Notes: generated by a model from the letters alone, not told the origin. A DNA stretch of 63,835 bases, filler included, from Octopus bimaculoides (GCF_001194135.2; 10 parts of 10 records of this genome joined end to end with filler, not necessarily neighbours in it); one strand, 5' to 3'. Counted from the whole stretch's first letter, positions 24,463-39,247 are shown. Translations and numbers: made by a program.

Positions 24463-25833
24463 NNNNNNNNNNNNNNNNNNNNNNNNNNNNNNNNNNNNNN
24501 NNNNNNNNNNNNNNNNNNNNNNNNNNNNNNNNNNNNNNNNNNNNNNNNNNNNNNNNNNNNNNNNNNNNNNNNNNNNNNNNNNNNNNNNNNNNNNNNNNNN
24601 NNNNNNNNNNNNNNNNNNNNNNNNNNNNNNNNNNNNNNNNNNNNNNNNNNNNNNNNNNNNNNNNNNNNNNNNNNNNNNNNNNNNNNNNNNNNNNNNNNNN
24701 NNNNNNNNNNNNNNNNNNNNNNNNNNNNNNNNNNNNNNNNNNNNNNNNNNNNNNNNNNNNNNNNNNNNNNNNNNNNNNNNNNNNNNNNNNNNNNNNNNNN
24801 NNNNNNNNNNNNNNNNNNNNNATATATATTTATCTATATGGGTGTAGATATGTGTGTATACGATGTATTCGTATGTATTATGTTGACTGTGAAAAGAGCG
24901 AGAGAGAAACAGACTAGGAAATGAGGGGGGGGGGAGAAACGAAACGACTGAGAATGAGACAGTTTCTCTTTATCTATTGCACCAACACTCCAATATCGAG
25001 AATTGTGCAGGAGTTATTCTTAACAGCAACACAATTTACATTTGACAAGCCAGCTTTGAGTATACTTAACAGAATTCGCCATTCGAGAAGGTGCAATGAA
25101 CGACCAGACTTAATGCATTTTTCGTGTACATTTAACATTATAGACAATCACCAATCGGCCGCTTTAGCTTGTTGTAATACACACTTACACAAACGAACAT
25201 ATTCGTACATACATAGTGCAACATAGGGAGAAATACACTTACTCTCTTCTACATGCATACATAAATACACGTACATCTATAAAAAATTATAATACGAAGA
25301 GAGGCTCTGCTGGTCATCTGTCGGGAAAAAAGTGGCTGTATATTGGTGAATGATGTCAGAATGTCATACGAGGGAGGGAGAGAGAGAGGAGGGAAAGAGA
25401 GAGATTTTGTGTGAAAGAAAGAGAGAAAGAGAGAGGACAGAGGGGCAGAGAGACAATGATAGCGAGAGAGAGAGAGACAGAGAGAGGGAGACCGAGACAG
25501 GCAAAGTCAGAGAGAGGCAGAGAGACAGAGGGGAAGGTAGAGGTGTAGGAAGGAAAAGGATAAAGATAGATGAAAGATTACGAGATGGAGAGAAATAGGT
25601 AAAAGCTTAGTGAAACGAGAGGATAGGAGAGGGGAAAATAGACAGGAAGATGTAAGGAGATAAATGTATATAAGAGGAGAGAGAAAGAAGTGAATGAGAC
25701 TAACAGATAGCAATAAAAAGAGAAAGGCTCTTAGTGAGAGGGTCAAGCAAGAAAAGAGAGAGAGAGAACCAAAGAGAGAGAAAGGGAAACAAAAGTGAGA
25801 GAGAGAGAGAAGGAGAACCAAAGAGATTGTGAG

Positions 25834-25887
<54 letters not shown>

Positions 25888-25989
25888 TGTTGAAACACAA
25901 AAGCAGGGAATAAGAAACAACAGATTCACAGAGAAAAAAGTGGACAAGAGGTTGAGAAAAGGAGAGAGAGTAAATGAGAAAAAGTGATT

Positions 25990-26034
<45 letters not shown>

Positions 26035-26055
26035 AATGANNNNNNNNNNGTGATT

Positions 26056-26101
<46 letters not shown>

Positions 26102-26567
26102 TAGAGTGATAGAGAGAGATAAGGATAAAGAGAGGTGAGATGATATTGGCAATGAAAGGAAGTGTTAGGAAATAGAGATGTGTGGATATATTTGAAATGA
26201 TTATGTGGATGTGGGGGTGGGTAGGCTTTTATATATGGGTATGTGCATATTTATACGTGGGTATGTGTATATTTATATGTATGTGTCTAATAGCAATATC
26301 TACTTATCTTATGGTGATGTCGTCTCTTTATGAATATTGATCAAAGAACTCATATTGGAAAAAATAAATAAATAAACGAGTAAAATTGCGTAGGGGTGGC
26401 TATAAGAACAATGATGTTGAAGATATAGATAATGTTAGTGTTGATGGTAGTGGTGAGAGCAATGAATATTATGTGGAAAAGGAGGAACAAAGTCAGAAAA
26501 GGGAAGACAAATAGCACAAGAATGACTGTTAGTACATAATTACATATATGAATATATATATATACAC

Positions 26568-26615
<48 letters not shown>

Positions 26616-27771
26616 NNNNNNNNNNNNNNNNNNNNNNNNNNNNNNNNNNNNNNNNNNNNTTAATTAATTAANNNNNNNNNNNNNNNNNNNNNNNNNNNNN
26701 NNNNNNNNNNNNNNNATATATATATAGGCGCAGGTGAGGTTGTATGGTAAGAAGCTTGCTTCCCTACTGTGTGGTTCCAGGTTCTGTCCCACTGCACAGC
26801 ACCTTGGGCAAGTGTCTTCTACTATAGCATCAGGCTGACCAAAGCCTTGTGAGTGGATTTGGTAGATGAAAACTGAAAGAAGCCCATCATATATATATAT
26901 GTATATATATATGAGAGGTATTGGTATCCAGAAGACCCAAGGTGGCAGATAAGGCTATGTAAGTGCTATGGAAGGACCATAGTTAAACTCTCCGTTTGAT
27001 AATATGAGTGAGGAGTCTAATGCAGGTTTTATATGAACATGTACATGTTAAATAAAATGAGATAACAAAGCTAAGGCTGTGTGGAATTTTCAGGATATTT
27101 ATAAGGACATTTAAAAACAAATATATATATAGGGTGTTATAGTTGCAGTTCCATTATCCAAGAAAAGTGGTGTGTAGAATGGGTAGAAATACTTCTTGTC
27201 CATGGTATGTAAATTCCAATAGGAGTTCATATTTTGCTATTACAAATGGAAAGTGTGAAGACTCCTTTGAATGAACAGCACATGGAATCTACGTCTCCCC
27301 ACTTTCCATTTGTATGTTATGCTTGAGAAGACCTGTCAAGCCAAGTGAAATCATAGTTATGGGCAATGCCAGTGTCACATAACTGGCACTTGTGCCGGTG
27401 GCACGTACAAAACACCATTTGAATGTTGGGCCTCACAGAGTCAGTGACAAGCGACCGAGACCTTTGGCAATATACTGTGTTTGAGAAGAACTGTTAAACT
27501 GAGTGAGATTGTAGTCGTGGCCGATGCTGGTACTGCATAACTGGCATCCATGCCAGTGGCATGGAAAAAGGACCCGCTATACTCTTGGAGTGGTTGGCAT
27601 TAAGAAGGGCATCCAGCCATAGAAACCATGCCAAATCAAACTGGAATCTGGTGCAACTCCCAGCTTGCTAGTTTTCAGTCAAACCGTCCAACCCATGCCA
27701 GCAGGTAAAACGGACGTTAAATGATGACGATGATAATGTATTGCTTTTGTGGTAGTATCTGCATCTACATG

Positions 27772-27806
<35 letters not shown>

Positions 27807-28591
27807 GTCTCTGTCTATGTGTAACTATATTTTGATCTATTTGTAGGTATCTGAGTCTATATTATGTACCTAGTTGTGTATTTGTGTAGATATGTACACA
27901 TACTTATAGATGTTTTGGTGCATATATGTATATGTGTGTGTTTACGCATGCATATGTGTATTTCTGTACATGTACTTGTGTGTGTGTGTGTGTAGATATA
28001 CTCAAGTATGTATCCACCTGTTTGTATGTGTATTGTATGAAGATATATATTTATATATTCATCAGAATTACCTCCTCTCTCTGTCTACACACACAGACAC
28101 ACACACACTCACACATACACACACATTATCTGTATAATGTTTCCCCATTTTATCACTCCTCTCTCCTCAGTTCTCCATCCCTTTCAGCTTGAAAATTACT
28201 AATGGTCAATCTGGCTACGATCCTGATGTAGAAAAGTGTTTATTGACCATCATAAACACTTCTGTTTTCTCTTTCTCCTTGCATTCTATTTTTATCTCTT
28301 TTCTTTTTTCTCTTCCTTTCATTGTCTTGAATCCTGTATCTGTCAATTTATAGCTATTCCTAGGATGTATGTTTTACTTGTTCTGCTTTTACTTCTTTTC
28401 ATAGAAGTTCTTGTATACCTATCTTTATACACATTTTTAAATAATTGTCTTCTAATACTGGAAGGGGCTTCTCCCCATCAAACCTCTCAATTCATTTCCT
28501 ACATACGTTTATGCTTTTTCATTAGTAATGTCTTTCTGTGTTTATATCTAAATGTAAATGCTTCCTAAATAAAATTGCACTTCACATTTGA

Positions 28592-28661
28592 AGCTCTGAT
28601 GAAGCTATAGAGCATCCAACTATGAGTGCATTGTATCTCATGATAGAAACAGATGTAAGCT
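28592..28661 (+). ncRNA. Candidate minimal hammerhead motif with long stem II
   Basis: agct CTGATGA [agctatagagcatccaac tatgag tgcattgtat ctcatg ata] GAAAC agat GTA agct. Stem I is agct/agct; there is no clean G10.1-C11.1 pair. Confidence 0.45.
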
Positions 28662-29375
28662 ACTGAAGTTTGTAGCATAATTATTTATTTAATTCTAATT
28701 TGTGATATGAATATGTGCATGTGTGTAAACCTTTGTTTAGACATCATGTGATGGTTGCAAATGAATATCATTATTGTACAAACGAGTTCGTTCATTTCCA
28801 GTCTTCTATGAAAAATATGTCTAGCTATGGGAAAATGTTACCTTGTTTGGAACAAGTAAAGGTTGGCAACAGGAATGGCATCCAACTGTAGAAAATCCAC
28901 ATCGAAAATATTCTGTCTGACCCAAGGAGGTATGGAAAAGTGAATGTTAAATTATGATGATGATGATGATGATGATCTTACAAATGAAAATATCTCCATG
29001 TACCTCACCCAATTCCTTCACAGACAATATTTATGCAAGCAAAGATCACACATATGGCACTAACTAAAACACAATGACCCACAAATATATATTTGAAAAA
29101 ATTTTTGTTAAAGGTCCAAGGTCCCAGAAAACACCTTATAGGTATGGTTGCTCTCTTGTGAGCCAAGACCCAGCTGTTGCCTAATCCTTGTTCTATACAG
29201 TTGCTGAAGTTGCTAGAAATAGCAATCAATGCTCCACTAATATTCCATCATCTTGAATAAAGAATACTTTTTCTTATCTTTTAGCTAAGATGGAAGACCA
29301 TACCTATAACTCTTTACAATGCCTCAGTGATTGGGGGAAGGAAGAAAGAAAGATATCGTTAAATGATGATGATGA

Positions 29376-29417
<42 letters not shown>

Positions 29418-29784
29418 CATAAATAATACAGAATGGGAAAAGAACGCAAAACATCCAGACATTTAGGTGATACAAGAAAGGGACAACAAAACATCCAGAT
29501 AGATGATACAAAGAAAACACGGACATGTCATTCGGAGTTTTCTCTTTTCAGTCGAGATCCAGATTATCCTTACAATTTCGGCTGGTTATTCTCAATGTTG
29601 CTCCAATCTGGCCAGCCCCAAGGAAAAACTAAGCTAAGAGCATTAGATTCCTTGGAAGAAAGCAGCGAATGTATAGAAAAACAAGGACAACACACACACA
29701 TATGCTCACACACATTTATATGTAACTAAATATGTAGATTTGTATGTATGCATATATATGTACATATATATTTATGTTGTATGT

Positions 29785-30141
29785 ACTCTTTACTCTTTTT
29801 ACTCTTTTACTTGTTTCAGTCATTTGATTGCGGCCATGCTGGAGCACCGCCTTTAGTCGAGCAAATCGACCCCAGGACTTATTCTTTGTAAGCCTAGTAC
29901 TTATTCTATCGGTCTCTTTTTGCCGAACCGCTAAGTTACGGGGACGCAAACACACCAGCGATGGTGGGGGGACAAACACAGACACACAAACACACATACA
30001 TATATATATATATATATACATATATACGACGGGCTTCTTTCAGTTTCCGTCTACCAAATCCACTCACAAGGCTTTGGTCGGCCCGAGGCTATAGTAGAAG
30101 ACATTTGCCCAAGGTGCCATGCAGTGGGACTGAACCTGGAA
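29785..30141 (-). mobile_element. SINE family A, CpG-intact, running into a gap
   Basis: Reverse complement of the family A consensus. Confidence 0.85.
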
Positions 30142-30252
30142 NNNNNNNNNNNNNNNNNNNNNNNNNNNNNNNNNNNNNNNNNNNNNNNNNNNNNNNNNNN
30201 NNNNNNNNNNNNNNNNNNNNNNNNNNNATATATATACACACACACACACACA

Positions 30253-30286
<34 letters not shown>

Positions 30287-30764
30287 TACACAGATAGTAT
30301 ATGAAGTTTTTGTAGAAATTGAGAAGTGAAAGAAGAGAGCTCTGAATGGTCAATAGGATTGAATGCTGTTAATAATGTAGTCTGCTGACACAGACTATTT
30401 AAAACCTAAATTATTTAATAGTGTGTAAATGTAATGCCTACATTATCTAATAATTATCTACAAATATGGATTCCAAAACCCAAGGTATTCCTAAAAGTGC
30501 AGGTAGACTATATTATTAACATATGTACATACATACATACATACATACGTATGTCCAGAGAGAGAGAGAGATGTAAATTTGTTTTTGTATAAAAACTTAT
30601 ATATATGCCTGTATATAATGTACAAACACACACACACACATATATGTGAGTGTGTGTATGTGTGTGTATTAAATATATGTATATCTTTATATATATATAT
30701 ATACATATATATTTGCATACAGATTTAAATATATATATATACATATATATTTAAATATATATGT

Positions 30765-30798
<34 letters not shown>

Positions 30799-30808
30799 NN
30801 NNNNNNNN

Positions 30809-30852
<44 letters not shown>

Positions 30853-31546
30853 CATGCAAATATATATATATATATACACACACACAATACATACATAAAT
30901 ATATACAATATATACAGACATAATATACATACATATATACACACACACATAGAGAGAGAGAGAGGGAGACAGAGGCAGATAGACAAGCAGACAAACAGAC
31001 AGACATATGTAATGATTTTGTGCGGTTTACTGCATTAAACATATCCATGATCCATACATGAGTGTGTATATAGATATATATATAAGCAAATAAGCAAGAC
31101 AGAAAATATATAAACCAATGTTTTGCCTTTGAACCTATATGCATATTCTATCTCACGCACATCTGTCCATGAGGGCTGTTGAAGCCATTTAAGTGCAGTG
31201 TTGAAGAATGTTAGCAGACTTAAAATTCCATAGATTTCAGACAATTATTCTTATTCATCATTCATAACTGACAATGTTTAAAGTTCCTGTTTTCTTTTGG
31301 TGTTTTGTGGTTGTGAAGCAAGTAGGGGAGATAGGATAAGGGTTACTTTCTATTTTTGGAATCACTGCCAAGTATGTGTGTGTGTGTGTGCATGTGCGTG
31401 TCTGTGTGTGTATTGTATAGTATTCATGTGTATATACATGTATATATATATTTATATATGTGCATATAATGTGTGTGTGTGTATAATGTGTTTGTGACTG
31501 TGTATATATACATATACACACATGTATGTAAATATATAATAGAAAC

Positions 31547-31584
<38 letters not shown>

Positions 31585-32418
31585 CACACTCACACATATA
31601 TGTATATATATACACATGTGTATATGTGTGTTTATCTATCTCTCTATCTCTCTCTCTCTCTNNNNNNNNNNNNNNNNNNNNNNNNNNNNNNNNNNNNNNN
31701 NNNNNNNNNNNNNNNNNNNNNNNNNNNNNNNNNNNNNNNNNNNNNNNNNNNNNNNNNNNNNNNNNNNNNNNNNNNNNNNNNNNNNNNNNNNNNNNNNNNN
31801 NNNNNNNNNNNNNNNNNNNNNNNNNNNNNNNNNNNNNNNNNNNNNNNNNNNNNNNNNNNNNNNNNNNNNNNNNNNNNNNNNNNNNNNNNNNNNNNNNNNN
31901 NNNNNNNNNNNNNNNNNNNNNNNNNNNNNNNNNNNNNNNNNNNNNNNNNNNNNNNNNNNNNNNNNNNNNNNNNNNNNNNNNNNNNNNNNNNNNNNNNNNN
32001 NNNNNNNNNNNNNNNNNNNNNNNNNNNNNNNNNNNNNNNNNNNNNNNNNNNNNNNNNNNNNNNNNNNNNNNNNNNNNNNNNNNNNNNNNNNNNNNNNNNN
32101 NNNNNNNNNNNNNNNNNNNNNNNNNNNNNNNNNNNNNNNNNNNNNNNNNNNNNNNNNNNNNNNNNNNNNNNNNNNNNNNNNNNNNNNNNNNNNNNNNNNN
32201 NNNNNNNNNNNNNNNNNNNNNNNNNNNNNNNNNNNNNNNNNNNNNNNNNNNNNNNNNNNNNNNNNNNNNNNNNNNNNNNNNNNNNNNNNNNNNNNNNNNN
32301 NNNNNNNNNNNNNNNNNNNNNNNNNNNNNNNNNNNNNNNNNNNNNNNNNNNNNNNNNNNNNNNNNNNNNNNNNNNNNNNNNNNNNNNNNNNNNNNNNNNN
32401 NNNNNNNNNNNNNNNNNN

Positions 32419-32462
<44 letters not shown>

Positions 32463-32846
32463 CATACATACATCTATATATACACACATACATACCTCTG
32501 TGTGTGTGTCTCATACTAATCCCCACATCCCTAAGCATGAAGCTGATTGTCCATCTTCCCCCAGAGAGCATAGTCATGCAAACTATCACCATCATCATCA
32601 TCATCATCACCACCACCATCATCATCATTTAACGTCCATGTAGCATGCTGGCATGGGTTGGATGGCTTGACAGGATCTGATGTGTCGAAGTACTGCATCA
32701 CTATCCAGTGTCTGTTTTGACATAGTTTCTATGGCTGGAGGCCCTTCCTAACAAGAACCACCTTACTGGGTGATTTTTTTCTGTGATACCTGCACTGTTG
32801 ACAGAAGTACAAAGCCTGGCAGGGTGAGAAAAGGTCAGCTTTATGG

Positions 32847-32938
<92 letters not shown>

Positions 32939-33064
32939 CTTATAATATTCATATCTGATCTACAGACACGATCTTCTTTGTAAATATCTGATCTGTAATG
33001 GGTAGACAGAAATACAGATCATCCAAGCCATGCCAGTATGGAAAACAGAATAGACATTAAATGA

Positions 33065-33104
<40 letters not shown>

Positions 33105-33439
33105 TGTGTGTGTGTGTGTGTGCATGTGTGTGTGCGTGTGTGTGTGTGTGTGTGTGCTTGCATGTGTGTGTGTGTTACACTATTCATTTAGTCATTATTT
33201 TTGCATTGTTTGGTGGAGGGAAAGTCTTTTTTTTGTGTGTGTCTATTTTCAGTTGGCAAAATAATTCAATCAACCATATTTTGGAGAGAACAGCTCATCA
33301 ATGTGGAAATGTATTAAGATAATGAAATAAAGCAGCAGAATTCGGTATTCATTGCACTTTTGCAAACTACCATTCCATTACAATAGATTCAATGCAGTTT
33401 GTTAGAATTTTCAGATTTACTTGCTGATGTGTAACATGT

Positions 33440-33485
<46 letters not shown>

Positions 33486-33495
33486 ATAGATAGAC

Positions 33496-33535
<40 letters not shown>

Positions 33536-33636
33536 AGAAAGAGAGACTGACAGGCATAAACACATATGCACATATATATATATTTGTGTATATGTACATA
33601 TATATATATGTGTGTGTATATATATATGTATATATA

Positions 33637-33670
<34 letters not shown>

Positions 33671-33707
33671 CATACATACATACATATATATGTATGAATA
33701 TATATAC

Positions 33708-33739
<32 letters not shown>

Positions 33740-35764
33740 NNNNNNNNNNNNNNNNNNNNNNNNNNNNNNNNNNNNNNNNNNNNNNNNNNNNNNNNNNNNN
33801 NNNNNNNNNNNNNNNNNNNNNNNNNNNNNNNNNNNNNNNNNNNNNNNNNNNNNNNNNNNNNNNNNNNNNNNNNNNNNNNNNNNNNNNNNNNNNNNNNNNN
33901 NNNNNNNNNNNNNNNNNNNNNNNNNNNNNNNNNNNNNNNNNNNNNNNNNNNNNNNNNNNNNNNNNNNNNNNNNNNNNNNNNNNNNNNNNNNNNNNNNNNN
34001 NNNNNNNNNNNNNNNNNNNNNNNNNNNNNNNNNNNNNNNNNNNNNNNNNNNNNNNNNNNNNNNNNNNNNNNNNNNNNNNNNNNNNNNNNNNNNNNNNNNN
34101 NNNNNNNNNNNNNNNNNNNNNNNNNNNNNNNNNNNNNNNNNNNNNNNNNNNNNNNNNNNNNNNNNNNNNNNNNNNNNNNNNNNNNNNNNNNNNNNNNNNN
34201 NNNNNNNNNNNNNNNNNNNNNNNNNNNNNNNNNNNNNNNNNNNNNNNNNNNNNNNNNNNNNNNNNNNNNNNNNNNNNNNNNNNNNNNNNNNNNNNNNNNN
34301 NNNNNNNNNNNNNNNNNNNNNNNNNNNNNNNNNNNNNNNNNNNNNNNNNNNNNNNNNNNNNNNNNNNNNNNNNNNNNNNNNNNNNNNNNNNNNNNNNNNN
34401 NNNNNNNNNNNNNNNNNNNNNNNNNNNNNNNNNNNNNNNNNNNNNNNNNNNNNNNNNNNNNNNNNNNNNNNNNNNNNNNNNNNNNNNNNNNNNNNNNNNN
34501 NNNNNNNNNNNNNNNNNNNNNNNNNNNNNNNNNNNNNNNNNNNNNNNNNNNNNNNNNNNNNNNNNNNNNNNNNNNNNNNNNNNNNNNNNNNNNNNNNNNN
34601 NNNNNNNNNNNNNNNNNNNNNNNNNNNNNNNNNNNNNNNNNNNNNNNNACGGCCTGTTCACTGACAAAATTGTGCTGCGTTTATAACAACAATAGAGAGC
34701 AGAGTAGAGAGAGAAAGAGAATGTCTAAGAAAAATAAAGTGTGTGTTTGAATGCATGTATATGAGAGAATGGGAGTAATCAAGGTGAAACTGAAAAGAGA
34801 AATAAAATAGCAGTGATGAGGTGTCTTCCACATTTAACTCTTTTGTATTTAAATTTCTTTGTCAAGTGTGATGCTTATTTATTCATGTTGTTTTGAATTA
34901 ATTATGCATTATCTTGTAGCTTTGAGATTTCAATGATGTGTTTGTATATTTTTAGAAGGATATTGTAAGGTAGGTGTGAAATGCTGGATCAGGTAGAATA
35001 TTTGAGCTGGATATAGCTGGATTAAATGCTAAAGGGTTAAAAGCCATTTTATGGTAACACTCCTATGCGCTTTCTTTTCAGAATGCTTAAGTGCAAGTGT
35101 ATCATTATCCATCCTACACACATCTCTCCTACAACATCTCAATTTTTCCTTATACATTGCTTAGCAACCCAGGACATCTTATGCCTCTGGTCCTCATACT
35201 GTAGAAACATTAGCGAACCTCTTATTTACTGCTTCTCCCTTTGCTAAAGACACTTGTTACTTAGTTTCTTTTCTAGCTACTTCTCTACAGCCCCCATTTT
35301 TTTCAATATTTCCAAGCTGGTCTTTTCACTTTTATGACTCTGTTTACTCCAATATTCCACCTCTACATCACCCTCAGACTAACAGAAACTTTGCATGAGC
35401 CACAGATTTGATTTGAAATCTTCAGTTGATTATTCCATAGGAACTTCCAGTTGTCCTCTGTGTTATATGTCTAACCCCTTTTCTTCTTGTCAAATACTTC
35501 AATTTGTACTTCTCTAAGCATCTGATTGGTCAATAGATCTTTAAGCTTCCATATCTTCCTTTTCCTGACTGGTTTCTTCTTCTTGCTCTATGTTAGAAGT
35601 CACTAACTACTAATCTCTGTTACATTGTACTTTCTTCATCAGCTTATATTCACAAGCATCTCTATGTCCTGTTTTCTGCTGAGAAGTAGGGAATCTGGCT
35701 TCTGTGTCCACTAGATTGATAGTTGATCAGGTGACAGGCTGGTATGGGTAAAGATCCCCTTTAA

Positions 35765-36074
35765 TCATTAATGAACATAAGAATGCACCTAGAAAGTTCC
35801 CCTCCAAGGCACAAGCCCAGGCAAGATTGTTTCTGGAAGGCCAACAGTTACCCATGAATACCAGCCTCCCATCTCCACACCACTAATGTTGTCCAAGAGA
35901 AAGGCAAAGGCTGATACAGCTTGGCACCAGTGACATCACAACTCATTTCTACAGCTGAGTGAACTTATGCAATGTGAAATAAGGAAAATAAAACACATCC
36001 TGGTCCAAGAACCAAACTTACAACCTCATGATTGTAAGCCCAATGCTCTAACCACTGTGCCATGCACTTTCACA

Positions 36075-36075
<1 letters not shown>
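35765..36075 (-). mobile_element. tRNA-SINE family D (degenerate)
   Basis: Ends ...aacctcatgattgtaagcccaatgctctaaccactgtgccatgc, the reverse complement of a tRNA-like head (gcatggcacagtggttagagc). Confidence 0.6.
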
Positions 36076-36143
<68 letters not shown>

Positions 36144-36854
36144 AACTTGTATTTCTCCAAACATTTGATTTTCCAATGGATCTTTAAGTATCCCTATCTT
36201 CCTTTTCCTGACTGGTTTGTATCTCTAAGTCCTTCTTACTCTATGTTAGAAGTCACTAACTAAATATGTGTATGTGCATGTGTGTGACACACACACACAC
36301 ACAGGTACACTCATACACACATCTTAGATATAAACATGCAGGAAAAAATAGTTGCTGCAGATGAGTCACTGGGAGAGCATATCATATAGAAGTTATAAAG
36401 GCAATTGGTGGTGGCAGGGCAGATGCAGGAGAAAATGGGGGAAGAAAAATACATGGAGAGTGCATCTCTATGACTCGAACAAATTATTATTATCATCAAT
36501 GAAAATTTTACTTAACTTGAATAATTCCACATTTAAAATGTTGAAAGTAACATAACACTTCAACAACATAATTAGATAACAAAATAACACTACAAGTGAA
36601 ACTGCAAAAGTACCATAGTATTGATCCCAGAAGATTACAAAAGAAAATATGGTGGGGATAAGTAATAAATGGGCAATGGTACCTTATGTTTGAAGGAATA
36701 AGTGATCAGTGTTGATAATCAATTGTTCTAAGACTGAATCATGGCATGGCAAACTAGCTTTAATATAACACACCAATGAAAAATTAGAAATACATAGGGG
36801 ACCATTTCTATGTCTTGAACAAACTATTGTTATTAATGAGAACTTTTGACTATG

Positions 36855-36911
<57 letters not shown>

Positions 36912-37724
36912 ACGCGCACACATATATGTGTACACTGCAGAATTTCCAGTTAGATAGTTGTATAGATAGATAACAAATGTAAGACATTTTGTTATTTACA
37001 AAACTACTTTCGAGTTTATTAACACAAAAATATTTCATTCAATAAAACATGTCTGAAAAGCAGAAATAATTGAACCATTTCATTTTCTTTATAGCTTTTT
37101 CTATTTTAAGTGACAAATGAGGGGAAAGTTATAATTTTCAGATGGATAATAAATTTACTAACAAACAGAAAATGTTGAATTAGAGTGATGTCTGAATTTT
37201 GAGATTCTATAATCATATCTAGCAGAGAACAGCTTTTCTGTATCACAAAACTAGTCATGCTTTTAAGAACTTTTGCAAAAGCAAAGGGTGTTGCCATCAG
37301 TATTAGAAAATATTTTGGTCATGTCCAGAACCAGAGAATAAGAAACTCTTAGTAAATATGCTCACATATGGACTCCATCTATCTAACGCTAGAGGCTCTC
37401 TTTCTCTGACTCACATTCTATCACATCTCCATATAAACTGCTGTTTGTTAGTTCTTTACTGAGCTGCATTTTCCCAACAGATATTCATATTGAACACCAA
37501 CTACACTGACTCTATCAGCTGGAACTTACAAATGATCTTTTATACAGCATCTGAATAAAAGATGGATGACTATGCTTAGAGTAACAACTACTACAGACAT
37601 CACAAAACAACATGAGAGTAGGTACCAACCTGCTTGCTTGACCTGCTAAATATAACAGATCATATACTATAATTTTAAAAAGGAATGGACCCATTGGTCA
37701 ATGTATTCCTAGATATACATTCTA

Positions 37725-37960
37725 AAAAAGGCAGCAAGCTGGCAGAAACGTTAGCACGCCGGGTGAAATGATTAGCGGTATTTTGTGTGCCGTTATGTTC
37801 TGAGTTCAAATTCTACTGAGGTCAACTTTGCCTTTCATCCTTTCCGGGTCGATAAATCAAGTACCAGTTACGCACTGGGGTTGATGTAATCGACTTAATC
37901 CCTTTGTCTGTCCTTGTTTGTCCCCTCTATGTTTAGCCCCTTGTGGGCAAAAAAGAAATA
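37725..37960 (+). mobile_element. SINE family B, full length
   Basis: Head, B-box and Meta-like domain intact. Confidence 0.8.
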
Positions 37961-38672
37961 AGATATACTTTCTAAAAAAGAGGAAGGATAGTCATAGCTT
38001 GAATGATTTAGATCATAAGTTCTACTGGATGAGGATTGCCCTGGGTTAAACAGCAATAACCATATCAGTTTGAGATCACTTACTAAGATCAATGGAGCCA
38101 CTCTTCCATTTTTGATTAAATAATTTTTAAAATAATAATAACAAGAAAAAACCACATTTATCTCTGAATTTAACTGAAGAAGAAAATTAAATTCAGTTTA
38201 GCACAAAATAAGAATAATTGTAAGTATTTTCAAAACTTGGAATAATTTCAGCAAGTTCTTATGCTTTCACACTCATCCCATATACAATATAAATTTCACT
38301 CTTAACAGTATATCTTAATTACACATCTCATATTTAATAGTATTATATACTATCAGTTATCATGGTCTTCCATTCTATAATTATAAATATATTTTGTACA
38401 AATATAGCATTTATATTATGCATACATTGAACAAGTGCCTATGTACTGCAAAAAATGTTACTGAGAAAATAGCATCCACATCACATTCAGCTTGTAGTTA
38501 TTAAAAAAATTTAGTTATTAAAGTAATATGATAGCTACAATTAATTTTGTAATTATCATATAGCTGAAAACATTTTCACAAGAATCATTGAAACAGCTGT
38601 AGAGAGAAACAAATGAAATTTTTGAAATATCGAGGTTAATAATATCACTGGTGTGTGAATATATATATATAT

Positions 38673-39110
38673 ATAATTTTGAGAAAAAAAACTACAATTA
38701 TTGAATTCATCCATGAAAATCCACAATCACATATAGAAAAAATTAATAAGTAAATACACTAAAAAGACCTATAATAAAAATCAAAAAAGTACAAAGTAAT
38801 AAATATTAAAATAATAGATATTAAAATAATAAAATAATAATATTAAAATAATTATTATTTTATTACTATTTTAATTTTTATTATTATTATTTTAATATTT
38901 ATTACTTTGTACTTTTTTGATTTTTATTATAGGGCTTTTTAGTGTATTTACTTATTAAATTTTTCTATATGTGATTGTGGATTTTCATGGATGAATTCAA
39001 TAATTGTGGTTTTTTCTCTAAATTATATATTTATATTTTGTGAAATTAATTTAATTTTAATTTTGCTAAATTAAATTGAATTTTCCCCTGTAAATTTGGA
39101 TTTTTATCCC

Positions 39111-39115
<5 letters not shown>
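38673..39115. mobile_element. AT-rich foldback repeat family, copy 1
   Basis: Long inverted arms (catgaaaatccacaatcacatatagaaaa...aagtaaatacactaaaaa versus its complement), ending taaatttggatttttatccctaa. A second copy lies at 61870-62190. Confidence 0.7.
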
Positions 39116-39166
<51 letters not shown>

Positions 39167-39247
39167 TTACCTCTCATCAGGTGGGGTACTCTTTGTTGAT
39201 CTTACCATCACAGAACAGTACATTATATATGTATGTATATGTATATG

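Noticed and set aside
29519-29640. Hammerhead-like fragments on the minus strand (CTGAAAA-gag-aaaa-ctc-cGAAT-gacatgtc; ggctg...cagccGAAATTGTA)
   Set aside because: Core boxes are mutated or missing. Probably a decayed PLE terminal repeat, but not supportable as a ribozyme.
31424-34686. Long ORFs of 280-500 aa in the track (also 48892-50468, 59946-60745)
   Set aside because: They consist of X from N-gaps plus dinucleotide-repeat translations.
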